From a virus (Duplodnaviria; Heunggongvirae; Uroviricota; Caudoviricetes): DNA of 64,000 nucleotides. Of the stretch, positions 47,221 through 57,425 are shown piece after piece. Below the pieces are notes generated by a model, which was given only the letters and a program-made list of their open reading frames with translations, was not told where the DNA came from and made no database searches. The translations under genes were made by a program, and so were the position numbers. The stretch is taken from IMG/VR virus record IMGVR_UViG_3300005613_000033, positions 19,132 to 83,131 of that record; one strand, written 5' to 3'. Numbering within the stretch: position 1 is the stretch's first letter; every line of letters begins with the position of its first letter.

Positions 47221-49895
47221 GAACACTATCAGCCAACGCAACAACAGCATTAGCTGAAAATCTGGGTACAGAACCCATTTACATTATCAATGTTCAGTGG
47301 CGTGATGAGGCTGGTGTCTATCGATATGCAGATCGACCCATTCCGGTACTAGGTATTGAGTGGTTGATTCAAGAGGCCAGTGATCTGGATGCTGTTATTA
47401 CATCTACATCTGACTCACAACAAGTGAATGTAACTTTAGATGATAGTCTTGGTATAATCAAGAATTTGATGGATTACTATGATCTTCATAAACGACCTGT
47501 ATGGGTTTATCAATGGTTTGATGGATTCAGTCAAGGTGATGCAATTCTTCTTTTCAAAGGTGAAGTCAACTCTCCAATTACTTGGAGTGCATCAAATCAA
47601 ACAGTCTCTTTTGATATTGTGACAAAGATTGAAGACAAAGAACTCGGATTTTCACCTGAGGAGGGTGAATTTAGCTTCATTGCGAATGAACTAATTGGGG
47701 AACCATGGCCTTTGTGTTTTGGAACAGTCGTGAATAGTAAAACATTAAAGCTTACCAAACCAGCTATTGGTATAACTGCCGATGGTATAGCAATAGCTGA
47801 TCCTGCAATATATGCAAGAATGGAGGCACTACGAGTTCAAATTGAAATGTTTCAAGCTCAACAAGAAGAATATGTTTACTATGCAGCTTTAGCTCGACTT
47901 GATGGTAACGAGGCTGCCGCTGAATATAATCAAGGAATTGCTGATGATTCAGCAGAATCATGGCAAAATCGTCAACGAGAATACAATGAACTAGAAGAAA
48001 AATATCGTGAGCAATTAGCTACTGTAGTATCGTCTTTTAGGATGTTTAATGCGGACGACTTTCCTAGTGGTACTGTAGATGTTCGAGTAGGGGAAATATA
48101 TTTCACAGGATATAAATCTGGTTCGGATTTCATTATCACTAGTATGACGCACCCAAAGTTGATTCAAGACTCTACAGCAATATTACCTTACTGTGATGGA
48201 TTCTATACCTCTTATTCCTACACCGGGGGTTGGGAAACATATCGTGGTCCAGATGATGGCAACCCTGCGTGGCAACCCACTGCATGGATTAAAGGCGATA
48301 ATGACTGGGGTTACTACTATGAAAATCCCGGTAGTAATGTATACTTAGTTACGAATGAACCTCAACAATACATTGTGAGTCTTGTCCCAGGTACTATTCA
48401 TAATGTAAGCACTTTACTTCAACGTGAAGGTCAGAAATTTTTAGCTGAAGTACCATCAAATAAATGGTCCCAATCCTGGAGGGATTTCGGACCGGTTGGG
48501 GCTGTAACTTTGGATATAACTGATGCATTATCTAAGGAAGTAGATGTTGGTTATAGTGATGAACTTTACGTCACATTTACTTCTAGTGTAGGACCTAACA
48601 CTGTTGATATCTTGAAATGGGTTATTGATAACTACACTGAATTTAGTTATGATACTACTAGTTTCGATCATGTTGAAACTCGACTTGCAGACTATCCAAG
48701 CCATTTTTCTATTGCGGAAAAATTCAACGTAATGGATTTTCTCCATGACGTAGCTTGGCAGGCTCGTTGTAGTATTCGGTTAATCAATGATGTGTTCTTT
48801 CTTACCTATTTACCGGAAATTCCAACATCTGTCGCAACTATTACTGAATCTGAAATTGACGTAGGAAGTTTTGAGCTTGACCACACGGCTACCGAGAATC
48901 TTACAACTAAAATGGTTTGTAATTGGTGGGCTACAGGTGTTCAAGAGAAACCTAATCGTGCAATTCTTCGGCATAATGTTGCCAAGTACGGTATCCATGA
49001 ATCAACCTATGATTTTTTTATCTATACAAAACTAGATTTAGTGCTTAAAAGTGCTACATTTTGGATGATTCGCTATGCTAACACATGGAAGATTGCTCGA
49101 TTTACAACACCCCTTAAACTCTTGGGTGTTGAAACTCAAGACGGTGTAACATTAGATTTTTCAGTACCATTTCAATATATTGCCAATGGACCTATTGTCG
49201 CTTTAGTTGAAGAAGCAAGCTATAATTCAGCAGATCGTAGTATTCAATTTCAATGTTGGACAGGTGTTAAAGCGGGGCAGATGGAACAATATGATTTTGC
49301 GTATCCAGCCGATGTAGATTCAACATTGACTTTCCCAACATCTGAAGAAATCGAAGCTGGATATGATGGTGGGTGGGGTAATAACAAATCAGCCAACGGG
49401 ACATTAGGTTCAGTAGAGTTAGAAGATCGTGTTAATCGTATTGAATATACTATTGGTGATTCCTTCAATATGGGTTCTCGACGTTACAATGATAGAGGTA
49501 ACCCTACACCCTCAGATAGTAACGATAGTAGTGCCGGTTCTCCAGTAATTACTGCTGCGCCTATTTTATCAGTAGCAAATCCCGGCCCTTATCTAACTGA
49601 TATTACCGAATTTAGTACACCTGACCCTGTATCAGCAACACAGGGTGGAATTACACGAATTGATTTACATGACACACTAATTTATGATAGTGAAACAGGT
49701 TTAACAACGACTCTGGATACCTTTTTCTCTAAAATTGATGCGGCCTATGATAAATCTGGTAACCATCTCCATGCAAGAACGGACGCCTCTTGGGCTGGTG
49801 ATGGTGCGGAAGATGGTCGTCAATTTATATTCCAGTATGATACAGATTTAGGTATTTATGGAGCCGGATTAGCTTATATATACGATGACGACTAA
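47217..49895 (+). CDS. large tail protein (892 aa; tip, fibre or hub candidate)
   Basis: ATGA overlap. Called from position in the tail module and size. Confidence 0.45.
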   Translation: MRTLSANATTALAENLGTEPIYIINVQWRDEAGVYRYADRPIPVLGIEWLIQEASDLDAVITSTSDSQQVNVTLDDSLGIIKNLMDYYDLHKRPVWVYQWFDGFSQGDAILLFKGEVNSPITWSASNQTVSFDIVTKIEDKELGFSPEEGEFSFIANELIGEPWPLCFGTVVNSKTLKLTKPAIGITADGIAIADPAIYARMEALRVQIEMFQAQQEEYVYYAALARLDGNEAAAEYNQGIADDSAESWQNRQREYNELEEKYREQLATVVSSFRMFNADDFPSGTVDVRVGEIYFTGYKSGSDFIITSMTHPKLIQDSTAILPYCDGFYTSYSYTGGWETYRGPDDGNPAWQPTAWIKGDNDWGYYYENPGSNVYLVTNEPQQYIVSLVPGTIHNVSTLLQREGQKFLAEVPSNKWSQSWRDFGPVGAVTLDITDALSKEVDVGYSDELYVTFTSSVGPNTVDILKWVIDNYTEFSYDTTSFDHVETRLADYPSHFSIAEKFNVMDFLHDVAWQARCSIRLINDVFFLTYLPEIPTSVATITESEIDVGSFELDHTATENLTTKMVCNWWATGVQEKPNRAILRHNVAKYGIHESTYDFFIYTKLDLVLKSATFWMIRYANTWKIARFTTPLKLLGVETQDGVTLDFSVPFQYIANGPIVALVEEASYNSADRSIQFQCWTGVKAGQMEQYDFAYPADVDSTLTFPTSEEIEAGYDGGWGNNKSANGTLGSVELEDRVNRIEYTIGDSFNMGSRRYNDRGNPTPSDSNDSSAGSPVITAAPILSVANPGPYLTDITEFSTPDPVSATQGGITRIDLHDTLIYDSETGLTTTLDTFFSKIDAAYDKSGNHLHARTDASWAGDGAEDGRQFIFQYDTDLGIYGAGLAYIYDDD

Positions 49896-49916
49896 TCACT
49901 TTTGGCGAGGTGAAAA

Positions 49917-50474
49917 TTGGAAGCTTTTGCATGGCTGTCTGAGATATTCAATGGGCTCTTGAGCTTCATCCCGAGGCCGGTCATTGTCCGTGCTACACAC
50001 GGCGGTGTCAAATGGCGATTCGGAAAAAAAGCTCGTGAAATGAAACCTGGATGGCACTGGTATTGGCCATTCACGACAGAGATAGAAGTTATCGTCACGG
50101 CCCGTCAAACACATGATCTACCGACGCCACAAGCGGTAGAAACACGAGACGGTGTAGCGGTTGCTGTAGGATCACTGATTGTGTATTCAATCAATGATGT
50201 TGTACAAGCAATCGGCGAGCGAAATTGGGATGTTGATTCCACTGTGAATGATATTACCAAAGCCGCGATAGTCGGAGTTGTAAGTCAATGGGACTACAGT
50301 GACCTCCGTGACGAACTGACTGAACAAGTAGAAAAAGAATTGACAGAGATGTGCAGAAAACATCTCCGTCAATTTGGAGTTTATGTACATCGTTGTGCTG
50401 TTTCTGATTTCAGTCACACGACAGTACGAATGCTCTTTGGAATGCAAAATATGAATCAATTTGGGGATGAATAA
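49917..50474 (+). CDS. SPFH/band-7 domain protein (short)
   Basis: TTG start with RBS GAGGTGA. Hydrophobic N-terminus then PVIVRATHGGVKWRFGK...PGWHWYWPF...IEVIVTARQ, matching the SPFH entry pattern. Confidence 0.45.
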   Translation: MEAFAWLSEIFNGLLSFIPRPVIVRATHGGVKWRFGKKAREMKPGWHWYWPFTTEIEVIVTARQTHDLPTPQAVETRDGVAVAVGSLIVYSINDVVQAIGERNWDVDSTVNDITKAAIVGVVSQWDYSDLRDELTEQVEKELTEMCRKHLRQFGVYVHRCAVSDFSHTTVRMLFGMQNMNQFGDE

Positions 50475-51457
50475 TGTCAGTACCATTCACTAGAGAGCGT
50501 TGGAATATACTAACAAGGGCTCTTATTGAATATAGAGATCATGCATATGGGAATCATATACCAAAAGGACTCCCACAAGCCTTTCACGATCGATTACATT
50601 GGTATCGATATAAATGGACTAAGACATGGTTAACTCCTATTGGTCTTAGTCTAACAACATCATTAGAAGATGAACGTGAATGGATAACACCAGCATTTAA
50701 TATGCTAGGCTATAACCCTTTTACAAATAACCAACTTAATACATTTCAATATAATAATAATCAAATTTGGAATGCATCTCATCCTTCAAGTTATGCATCA
50801 TTACCACCTGGCATTTCAGCCCCTGGTGTTATACCTCTACCAGCTCCCGAAATAACAGAAAACAATCGTATCAATAAAACTATGACACAGGACATTATGA
50901 AATCTGTCCATTGGAGTCCTCGTCACTTTCCATATTTTTATAGAACTGATTTGTATGACAATTATGAAACTATAAGCACCGGTTATAGATCCTGGATGGA
51001 TGGCCTTTATGAAACTCAAGTTACCCACGTACCCATAGGCGGCCCCAATATCATTATGAGTACATACACTACACGACTTGAGACTAATGTACAAGGTTTA
51101 GCACAAATTTTTGAACCCAACCTTATTCACGGTGCTAAATTACAATGGATTGCACAAGCCTATAGGAGGGATTTGAATATTTCTTGTACCTCTGAAGACA
51201 GTCAAGAAGACTTGATTCAATATGCACCTCTATACCCTCAATATGGATCTTGGGGTTATACAGTTATTTATGAGATTGATATTGATGATGATGGAACTTG
51301 TTATTTACCACACTTGATTAGCGCCCCATTTCAGTATACAAGCATTCGATCTATTTCAGAAAGCTATAATTTGTATTCATATATTGAATCAGGCATATCA
51401 ACCAATGAAAAATGGCATGCTTGGGTCTTAAATCTAGATAATGCGGAGTTTATTTAA
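50474..51457 (+). CDS. hypothetical protein (327 aa)
   Basis: ATGA overlap. Aromatic-rich. Confidence 0.4.
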   Translation: MSVPFTRERWNILTRALIEYRDHAYGNHIPKGLPQAFHDRLHWYRYKWTKTWLTPIGLSLTTSLEDEREWITPAFNMLGYNPFTNNQLNTFQYNNNQIWNASHPSSYASLPPGISAPGVIPLPAPEITENNRINKTMTQDIMKSVHWSPRHFPYFYRTDLYDNYETISTGYRSWMDGLYETQVTHVPIGGPNIIMSTYTTRLETNVQGLAQIFEPNLIHGAKLQWIAQAYRRDLNISCTSEDSQEDLIQYAPLYPQYGSWGYTVIYEIDIDDDGTCYLPHLISAPFQYTSIRSISESYNLYSYIESGISTNEKWHAWVLNLDNAEFI

Positions 51458-51726
51458 TGAAGCCTCGTCTATTACCAAATGGTGAAGTTCACTATACCCA
51501 AAAAGGAAAAGAACCCCCGCCAGATATACGGGGGTTCAAGAGAAAGAGTAATATCCAAGCTAGTCCGGACGCTTGGAAATTTGTCCCAATATTCCCACCA
51601 TGTGTACATAGAACCACACATCTTTATCAGCGTGGGTGTGGAAGCACAGGGGTACATTTAGTCTGTAATCTGACTAAGGCCATCTGTACACACGAGGCTT
51701 GGAATCCTTGTCAGGATATAGCTTAA
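51457..51726 (+). CDS. small Cys-rich hypothetical protein (89 aa)
   Basis: ATGA overlap. Last gene of the plus-strand block. Confidence 0.35.
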   Translation: MKPRLLPNGEVHYTQKGKEPPPDIRGFKRKSNIQASPDAWKFVPIFPPCVHRTTHLYQRGCGSTGVHLVCNLTKAICTHEAWNPCQDIA

Positions 51727-51731
51727 CAATT

Positions 51732-51759
51732 CTGCTTATTCAAAGCAGTTTGGCTTTTT
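51732..51759. terminator. terminator hairpin between convergent blocks
   Basis: CTGCTT-ATTCA-AAGCAG followed by TTTGGCTTTTT, with A-rich flank on the other side. Confidence 0.55.
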
Positions 51760-51806
51760 CCTTGCGCATCTAAGGCAAAAATCTCACGTACTTGGTGATG
51801 ATTTCA

Positions 51807-52427
51807 TCAATCATCCAGAAACATTAACAGCAAAGCTCTATAGACAGCCGCTTCCGCGCGTGCATCACTTAAAGCATCGTGAGGATTTTCATTTCGTATC
51901 TTAAAATACTTACACAAGCGTGAAAGTCCAACGTAATTGAAATACACATCTCCGCCCCTCATCGCAATTCTGTCATTAAGACTCAATGCAAAGAGCATCG
52001 AGTCTCTTGGATGCGGATGAAAGAAGTGTCCGAACGATTCAAGCCCGAGCCACGCCTTCAAAAATCCCGCCTCAAAAGCCCAGTTATGCGCCAATGGCAT
52101 AATGCTCTTTCGGAACGGCAAATCAAGTCGCTGGAACCAGTCGTCGAGTAGATCGGCAACTTTCCATTTATCGGGAGCGTGCATTAAATCAGTGTATTCC
52201 AACCGATGCACAGCCGATGCTGCAGTCTCAGCCCGATCAGGGTGTTCTGGTTTGATCGTCGTATAGAACGGTCGAACATCCGTAGAAGGTTGTAAATCAG
52301 CGTCGAGTGGTTGAATACCAATCTGAACGATCTCGTGAAATCCAGGTTCTCGACCCGTCGTTTCAACATCGATCGCACACATGAGATTCCCATTGAGATG
52401 AATAAATCCTGGATATTGTGTTGTCAT
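51807..52427 (-). CDS. DEDDh 3'-5' exonuclease (DnaQ-like)
   Basis: Exo I AIDVETTG, Exo II HNWAFEAGFL, Exo III HDALSDARA. ATG at 52427 with RBS GGGAGATAAG. The ORF-track TTG at 52445 is less likely. Confidence 0.75.
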   Translation of the reverse strand: MTTQYPGFIHLNGNLMCAIDVETTGREPGFHEIVQIGIQPLDADLQPSTDVRPFYTTIKPEHPDRAETAASAVHRLEYTDLMHAPDKWKVADLLDDWFQRLDLPFRKSIMPLAHNWAFEAGFLKAWLGLESFGHFFHPHPRDSMLFALSLNDRIAMRGGDVYFNYVGLSRLCKYFKIRNENPHDALSDARAEAAVYRALLLMFLDD

Positions 52428-52428
52428 C

Positions 52429-53115
52429 TTATCTCCCTGTCTCAAGAACCGGTAAAGATAATGGAAGTTGAAAATTCATTATTGTTCTCATAAAATGAGG
52501 AGCTTCATTTTTGAGAGCTTGTAATAGCTTCCGTTTAGGCATCTCATATTCTAAATCAAACACTCGTATGATAGTTGTAGGATAACCACCTAAGTAAGGG
52601 CAACTCTTTCGCTGGTTTGCCATGTGACACCAATGTGTTAAATTGGGTACTGTATATTCATCCGAATCCCTGTTATGAATTAAAAGCTGTGACCCTCTTA
52701 CGTATCTCTCAAGTCGTTCTGCGTTAGCACGATCAGATACACAATCGCACAATTCTTCGAGGTAACAAAAAACTGCACCTTCTAATTCTTCATTACAGCC
52801 TATCTTATTATAGATAGCATGGTCTGCTTGAACACTGCTAGTTTTGAAAAGAATATCCACAGCCTCACGAAATGTTGATTTTCCACAATTCTGATTTCCG
52901 TAGAAAAATAAATATGGAAGAGGTGTTTCAGGATTACGAATCATACTCGCTATCCAGGATGTAAGGTAATCTTGTCCTGTAAAAATATCATAGTCTTCCA
53001 ACCCATTCTCACTCAACAAATTATCCAAGTCTCGCCCACAATGTCCTAATATATCATCCCAAGTTGGGTGTTGTGGGTATAGAGTTCTTTCAGCTTCATA
53101 TTTCATAACCGTCAT
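52429..53115 (-). CDS. standalone P-loop NTPase, paralogue of the C-terminal domain of the primase-helicase
   Basis: PLPYLFFYGNQNCGKSTFREA matches PLPYLFFFGNQNCGKSIFREA in the 912-aa protein. Shared THWC(H/Q)MAN and EAPHFMRT motifs. Confidence 0.65.
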   Translation of the reverse strand: MTVMKYEAERTLYPQHPTWDDILGHCGRDLDNLLSENGLEDYDIFTGQDYLTSWIASMIRNPETPLPYLFFYGNQNCGKSTFREAVDILFKTSSVQADHAIYNKIGCNEELEGAVFCYLEELCDCVSDRANAERLERYVRGSQLLIHNRDSDEYTVPNLTHWCHMANQRKSCPYLGGYPTTIIRVFDLEYEMPKRKLLQALKNEAPHFMRTIMNFQLPLSLPVLETGR

Positions 53116-53354
53116 TCAGGGTCTCCTAATTTGTTCATCTTGCAAGCTCGTCTCCAAGATTGCAGATTACCTTGTTGTGTATTGAAGTTTCTTTCGGCTG
53201 CCCATTCATTGAAAGCAGCTACGAGTTTATCACGCTGGTATCCACCTCCTATGATAATAGGAGATGGTGACTCAATCAAATGAAGTAATAAGTCTGCAAA
53301 CCCGCCCGCTATAAACTGTCTCTCATCATCCTGGAGTTTATCCTCCATTACCAA
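53112..53354 (-). CDS. hypothetical protein (80 aa)
   Basis: ORF with 4-nt overlap, inside the replication operon. Confidence 0.35.
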   Translation of the reverse strand: MVMEDKLQDDERQFIAGGFADLLLHLIESPSPIIIGGGYQRDKLVAAFNEWAAERNFNTQQGNLQSWRRACKMNKLGDPE

Positions 53355-53886
53355 TCTCCTCCATGACCATATCTACCAGTTGAATCAATCCACTTCTCTC
53401 TGAATCATCAGGATAGGATTCCTTGATTCCCAGCGGATTGGATTTTATATCCAGTGGGTTGAAAGGTAGATCATTTAATGTTTCGGGTAACAACCCTTCC
53501 TCAATCCGCATCCGTGTCTCAATAAGACATAGGAAATTCCAACAGGCCATTGCATCATGTGGCTCATCACGATCCCCACGCAGGTACTTATAGGCATGCC
53601 GCATACTACTGTCAAAGAATCGAGATAATGGAATACCCTTCTCCCAGTTCCTAGAGGCGTATTTCTTGGCACCTTCCTCAAATACTTTGGCTACTTCAAA
53701 CAAGGCTCTGGTTGGCAGTAAATCCATCCGTCCTTTTCCCTCTTGAGTATCCCTAACAGCCCCCGTCCCAAATTCTGAACGAGTCCCTGAGTCTTTGAAT
53801 TTGCTTTCACCATTATCACCCGACATATCTTCAACCTCTTCAGTTCTTGTTTGTGTAATCATCGCCCGCCGCCTCCGACGTTTCAT
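53338..53886 (-). CDS. hypothetical protein with KYxxxNW motif (possible nucleotide pyrophosphohydrolase-like)
   Basis: RBS GGGGGAG. DLLPTRALFEVAKVFEEGAKKYASRNWEKG. Arg-rich N-terminus. ATGA overlap with the upstream gene. Confidence 0.3.
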   Translation of the reverse strand: MKRRRRRAMITQTRTEEVEDMSGDNGESKFKDSGTRSEFGTGAVRDTQEGKGRMDLLPTRALFEVAKVFEEGAKKYASRNWEKGIPLSRFFDSSMRHAYKYLRGDRDEPHDAMACWNFLCLIETRMRIEEGLLPETLNDLPFNPLDIKSNPLGIKESYPDDSERSGLIQLVDMVMEEIGNGG

Positions 53887-56621
53887 TCTTTCTCCCCCAC
53901 ATAAATCAACTTTTTGTCCTGGAGAAATAGACGTGGTGTTTTAGAAGGTGTATTGTCCCAACTAAGATTCCCAACGAATCGCTTGTTACCTGAACTAGTC
54001 CCAATTGGGTATTCAGGTGGCATGTTTGCAGCCACTTTCCGCTTTGGCCAAAACGTCTTTTCCCAACCTTGCAATGAGTCATGGAATCGCATATAGAATT
54101 CTTTGAACTCAATCTTAGCACCTGGGATATGATGAGTATTGTCTTCCAGGAAGACTTCCAATGCATCCCGTCCTGCCTCTTCTGCCGCTTCTTTACTACT
54201 CGTTGTAATAATCGGCAAACGTAACCGCCCAGTAGTCGGCGGAATCTGTAAGTCTATTAGTGTCCTCATAAAATGAGGAGCTTCTTCCTTCAAACGTGTT
54301 AACAAAAGTCTCTTCGGAATTTCTTCCATCAAATCGGCAACGTGCATAATAATGATACGGGTGTCGTTAGGGAAGATGGGAAGACTATCCCGAGAGTTAG
54401 CCATTTGACACCAGTGTGTGGTATTCGGGGCCATAAACGGCTGCATGAATTTCATGTGAACTGAAATCTGGTCGTTTGTCACAAACTCTTTGATCCGATT
54501 GTAAGCGGTCGAGCCTGCTTTAGAGAGGTCTACTTCCTCAACGTAACATAACACAGCTTCATATAGTTCCCCATTAAACCCTGAGGCATTTTGCAAGGCT
54601 TGATCCGCTTGAACACAGCCTTTAGTACACAATAATTCAATAGCCTCACGAAAGATTGACTTACCACAATTCTGATTCCCAAAGAAGAACAGATAAGGTA
54701 ATGGCTCGTAAGGTTCTCGAATCATGCACGCTATCCACATGATAAGAAAGTCTCGTCCAGAAAGGATACCATGCTTCTTAGCCCAAGGCGAAGCCTTAAT
54801 CTGAGTGTCCAAGTCTCGACCACAGTGTGCCATGACTCTATCCCAATGTGGATGTTTGATCTCAGCAGGTTCCACATCGGTTGGCGTGTACCGCAGTTGT
54901 GCGGCGTCTTTATTCCATTCTCGATTGCCAGGATATTCCGGCCCAAATGGGATATTGATTTTAGTCCAAGCTCGATATGAACTGTCACCTAAAATCCTAT
55001 CAGCCTCCTCTGACTTGTACCTACGAGATTTTAGGTAATTCTTAGCCACATTCATAGGTGTATGAATCCATTCCCCTGAAATATGTTTTAACATATACCC
55101 TGCACTCTCGTTATTAGGTGTATTGATGGCACGTACTTCACCATCTACATCATCTAACTCGGGTGCAACAGCACTCGTATCTTTGATTCGAGTTTGTACG
55201 TTATAGATTTGCTCCCACTTCTTACCCTTCTCCAAAATCCAACCATTCATCCGCATCTCGGATTCAGTATCATTCTCCATTTGAGGCATGGTAGCAATCA
55301 GGCGGCCATCTTTATGAGACTTGAATGCAATTTTTCGATCTTCAAAAGCATCAGGTAATTTTAATCTAGATCCAAGATGCCCGATAGCTTCTTGGGCTGC
55401 CTTAATATTCTCAAATTCGTATCCACGACCTGTAGATTCAATAGCATCACATGCAAAGGACGCCATCGCAAGGTCGGGAACACGATTAAAGAAACACCAT
55501 GTCCAGTTCTCTTTATCATGTTGCCAAGTATTTGATTCAGCAACACCTCGACCAAACCGAACAACTTTCCAAGCCCCATTTTCCATCGGAAAACAAAAAC
55601 AATTAGGTTTTTGCTTATCCCCACCTCTACTAGACGTAGTAAAGAAACCACGAATAGGATCATTCCGAGACTTTCGGAAAATTGCATAATCTACCAAAGC
55701 ACACGTATGTGTCTGGAGACAATGATGATCTGGGTTCCAAATAGCTATATAATCTGTATGACCACTCTCAACAAACTCGATCATAGCTTTATGAATATCA
55801 TCCAATGGTTCACGCTTTCGAGCATTAGACAATGTGTTGAAAGAAGGTTCATCCGCTGTTTCGACACCGGATAAACTGACACGCTGTCTCTTGCGTGTGA
55901 TAACTGGTAAGTGATCTTTCCAGTTGAGAGGGTAATCAACCAACTCATATTCATGTTGCTTGATTACTTTGAGACCTTCATTGGTCTCTGATATTTTGGT
56001 GTGCCAAATCCACATGTTGCTTCCACAAACATCCAGTCTTGACTGGAAATCGAACCCAGCTTCAGCCGACATCATTCCAAGAATGGCTCGTGCTAAAGCA
56101 GCGTGCTCGTTGTGGTTTTGTGTGGCAGGTGGCTTGGCATTATTGAGATACACGTACAAGTGCAATCCACCACCACCAGTAGACTTTCTTACTTGAATCC
56201 AAGGAATCTGCTTTGCTTTCTCTGCAACCTCAATCAGGTCATTCTCTTCAATACCGATACCCTTGGCGTGTTCAGTAATATTGTCAAAGTCATACGCAAC
56301 CCATCGTGAAATTCGATGTTCCCAGTCCCAACCAGTCATCCCGATACCGTCCGCATAGAGTTCCAATGGCCATTTGATCTTCCAATCATTGTGCTCTGGA
56401 ACACTCATGGCCTTCTTAGGCACACGGAAGTTGAACCATTGCACGGTGCCATTCGTATATACGTTTCGAGCGTCCGTGCTTAAAGTCCCGTCTCCAGGAT
56501 GTACATTCACCTGCGTTTCCATTGCTCGTGAATATAAGTTGACTAAATCTGCATTGTATTGATTCTTCGTGTGTTGTAAAAACTTCTCAATTGCTGTTGT
56601 TACAATTGGATAATTCGGCAT
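53883..56621 (-). CDS. primase-helicase: N-terminal AEP/PrimPol-like domain fused to D5/P4-type NTPase
   Basis: VAYDFDN (DxD-like) and STGGGGLHLYVY (sGxGxH-like) in the N-terminus. Walker A FGNQNCGKS in the C-terminal domain. 912 aa. Confidence 0.7.
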   Translation of the reverse strand: MPNYPIVTTAIEKFLQHTKNQYNADLVNLYSRAMETQVNVHPGDGTLSTDARNVYTNGTVQWFNFRVPKKAMSVPEHNDWKIKWPLELYADGIGMTGWDWEHRISRWVAYDFDNITEHAKGIGIEENDLIEVAEKAKQIPWIQVRKSTGGGGLHLYVYLNNAKPPATQNHNEHAALARAILGMMSAEAGFDFQSRLDVCGSNMWIWHTKISETNEGLKVIKQHEYELVDYPLNWKDHLPVITRKRQRVSLSGVETADEPSFNTLSNARKREPLDDIHKAMIEFVESGHTDYIAIWNPDHHCLQTHTCALVDYAIFRKSRNDPIRGFFTTSSRGGDKQKPNCFCFPMENGAWKVVRFGRGVAESNTWQHDKENWTWCFFNRVPDLAMASFACDAIESTGRGYEFENIKAAQEAIGHLGSRLKLPDAFEDRKIAFKSHKDGRLIATMPQMENDTESEMRMNGWILEKGKKWEQIYNVQTRIKDTSAVAPELDDVDGEVRAINTPNNESAGYMLKHISGEWIHTPMNVAKNYLKSRRYKSEEADRILGDSSYRAWTKINIPFGPEYPGNREWNKDAAQLRYTPTDVEPAEIKHPHWDRVMAHCGRDLDTQIKASPWAKKHGILSGRDFLIMWIACMIREPYEPLPYLFFFGNQNCGKSIFREAIELLCTKGCVQADQALQNASGFNGELYEAVLCYVEEVDLSKAGSTAYNRIKEFVTNDQISVHMKFMQPFMAPNTTHWCQMANSRDSLPIFPNDTRIIIMHVADLMEEIPKRLLLTRLKEEAPHFMRTLIDLQIPPTTGRLRLPIITTSSKEAAEEAGRDALEVFLEDNTHHIPGAKIEFKEFYMRFHDSLQGWEKTFWPKRKVAANMPPEYPIGTSSGNKRFVGNLSWDNTPSKTPRLFLQDKKLIYVGEKE

Positions 56622-56636
56622 TAGTGAACCTCTCCT

Positions 56637-57206
56637 CTACTTCTCTTCATTAACATACTCCCATCCATAACCACCCCCAGTGTGTTGTCGTCCATTACAA
56701 GTACCCCAGATACTTTGAACTTGACAACCTGTTTCTTTGGCCGCAAGAGTCATATTGATAAATTCAACACCATCGCTACGTCTAACATGTCTGCCATTAT
56801 AGGTACCATCCCTACGCCTATCAAGTTGGTCTTGACTTTTAGTACCATAACAAAGGTTAGATATAGAATTGTCCAATTTACCATTAGACCCATGGCGAAC
56901 TTGCTGACCATCGGGGCACGGACCAATCCACGCCGCTGCTACAAGCCTATGAACCGTAAAAGTTCTTCGTGTACCTCTTTTGTACAAATTCACTGAGAGA
57001 TGCCCATAAATATTGTTAGGTATAGCTGACAAGATTAAATCTTTTCGCCTATACTTCCTTCCACCTATCGAACGAACGCGACCGAGATTGGAGACAGCAT
57101 AATAGTCTTCATACCCAGGAATATCTCGCCATCGTTCATCTAGGTCCATATTTAAGCGGGCGACAACTTCAATGTCTTGCCAGATTTCTTCTTGAATTGT
57201 GTCCAT
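56637..57206 (-). CDS. HNH homing endonuclease (paralogue of 40760-41278)
   Basis: RWRDIPGYEDYYAVSNLGRVRS (NUMOD4-like). C-terminal half is near-identical to the other copy (RHGSNGKLDNSISNLCYGTKSQD...RRSDGVEFINM...GGYGWEYV). Confidence 0.85.
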   Translation of the reverse strand: MDTIQEEIWQDIEVVARLNMDLDERWRDIPGYEDYYAVSNLGRVRSIGGRKYRRKDLILSAIPNNIYGHLSVNLYKRGTRRTFTVHRLVAAAWIGPCPDGQQVRHGSNGKLDNSISNLCYGTKSQDQLDRRRDGTYNGRHVRRSDGVEFINMTLAAKETGCQVQSIWGTCNGRQHTGGGYGWEYVNEEK

Positions 57207-57240
57207 AATAGTCTCATGCTGGTTATGTCCCGGCGCACCG

Positions 57241-57330
57241 ACCGGTCCTTCTTATACTCCTATCGGAAATATCGTCTCTAATCGAGAGAAAATTCCACGA
57301 ACTACATGGATTGCAACAAAAGTGGCAATC
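57241..57330 (-). promoter_or_regulatory. conserved upstream cassette copy C (core at 57300-57316 on minus strand, plus CCGATAGGAGTATAAGAAGGA)
   Basis: Reverse-complement of the copy A/B consensus. A GC hairpin (CCGGTCGGTGCGCCGGG) lies between it and the HNH ATG. Confidence 0.5.
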
Positions 57331-57425
57331 TTCTACAATTGAATCAAAATGATGACACTTTTTGATGAATTGAATCATTGAAAAATAACTCAAAATTCGC
57401 TGAATTTTTTCTGAGAAATTCCGAA

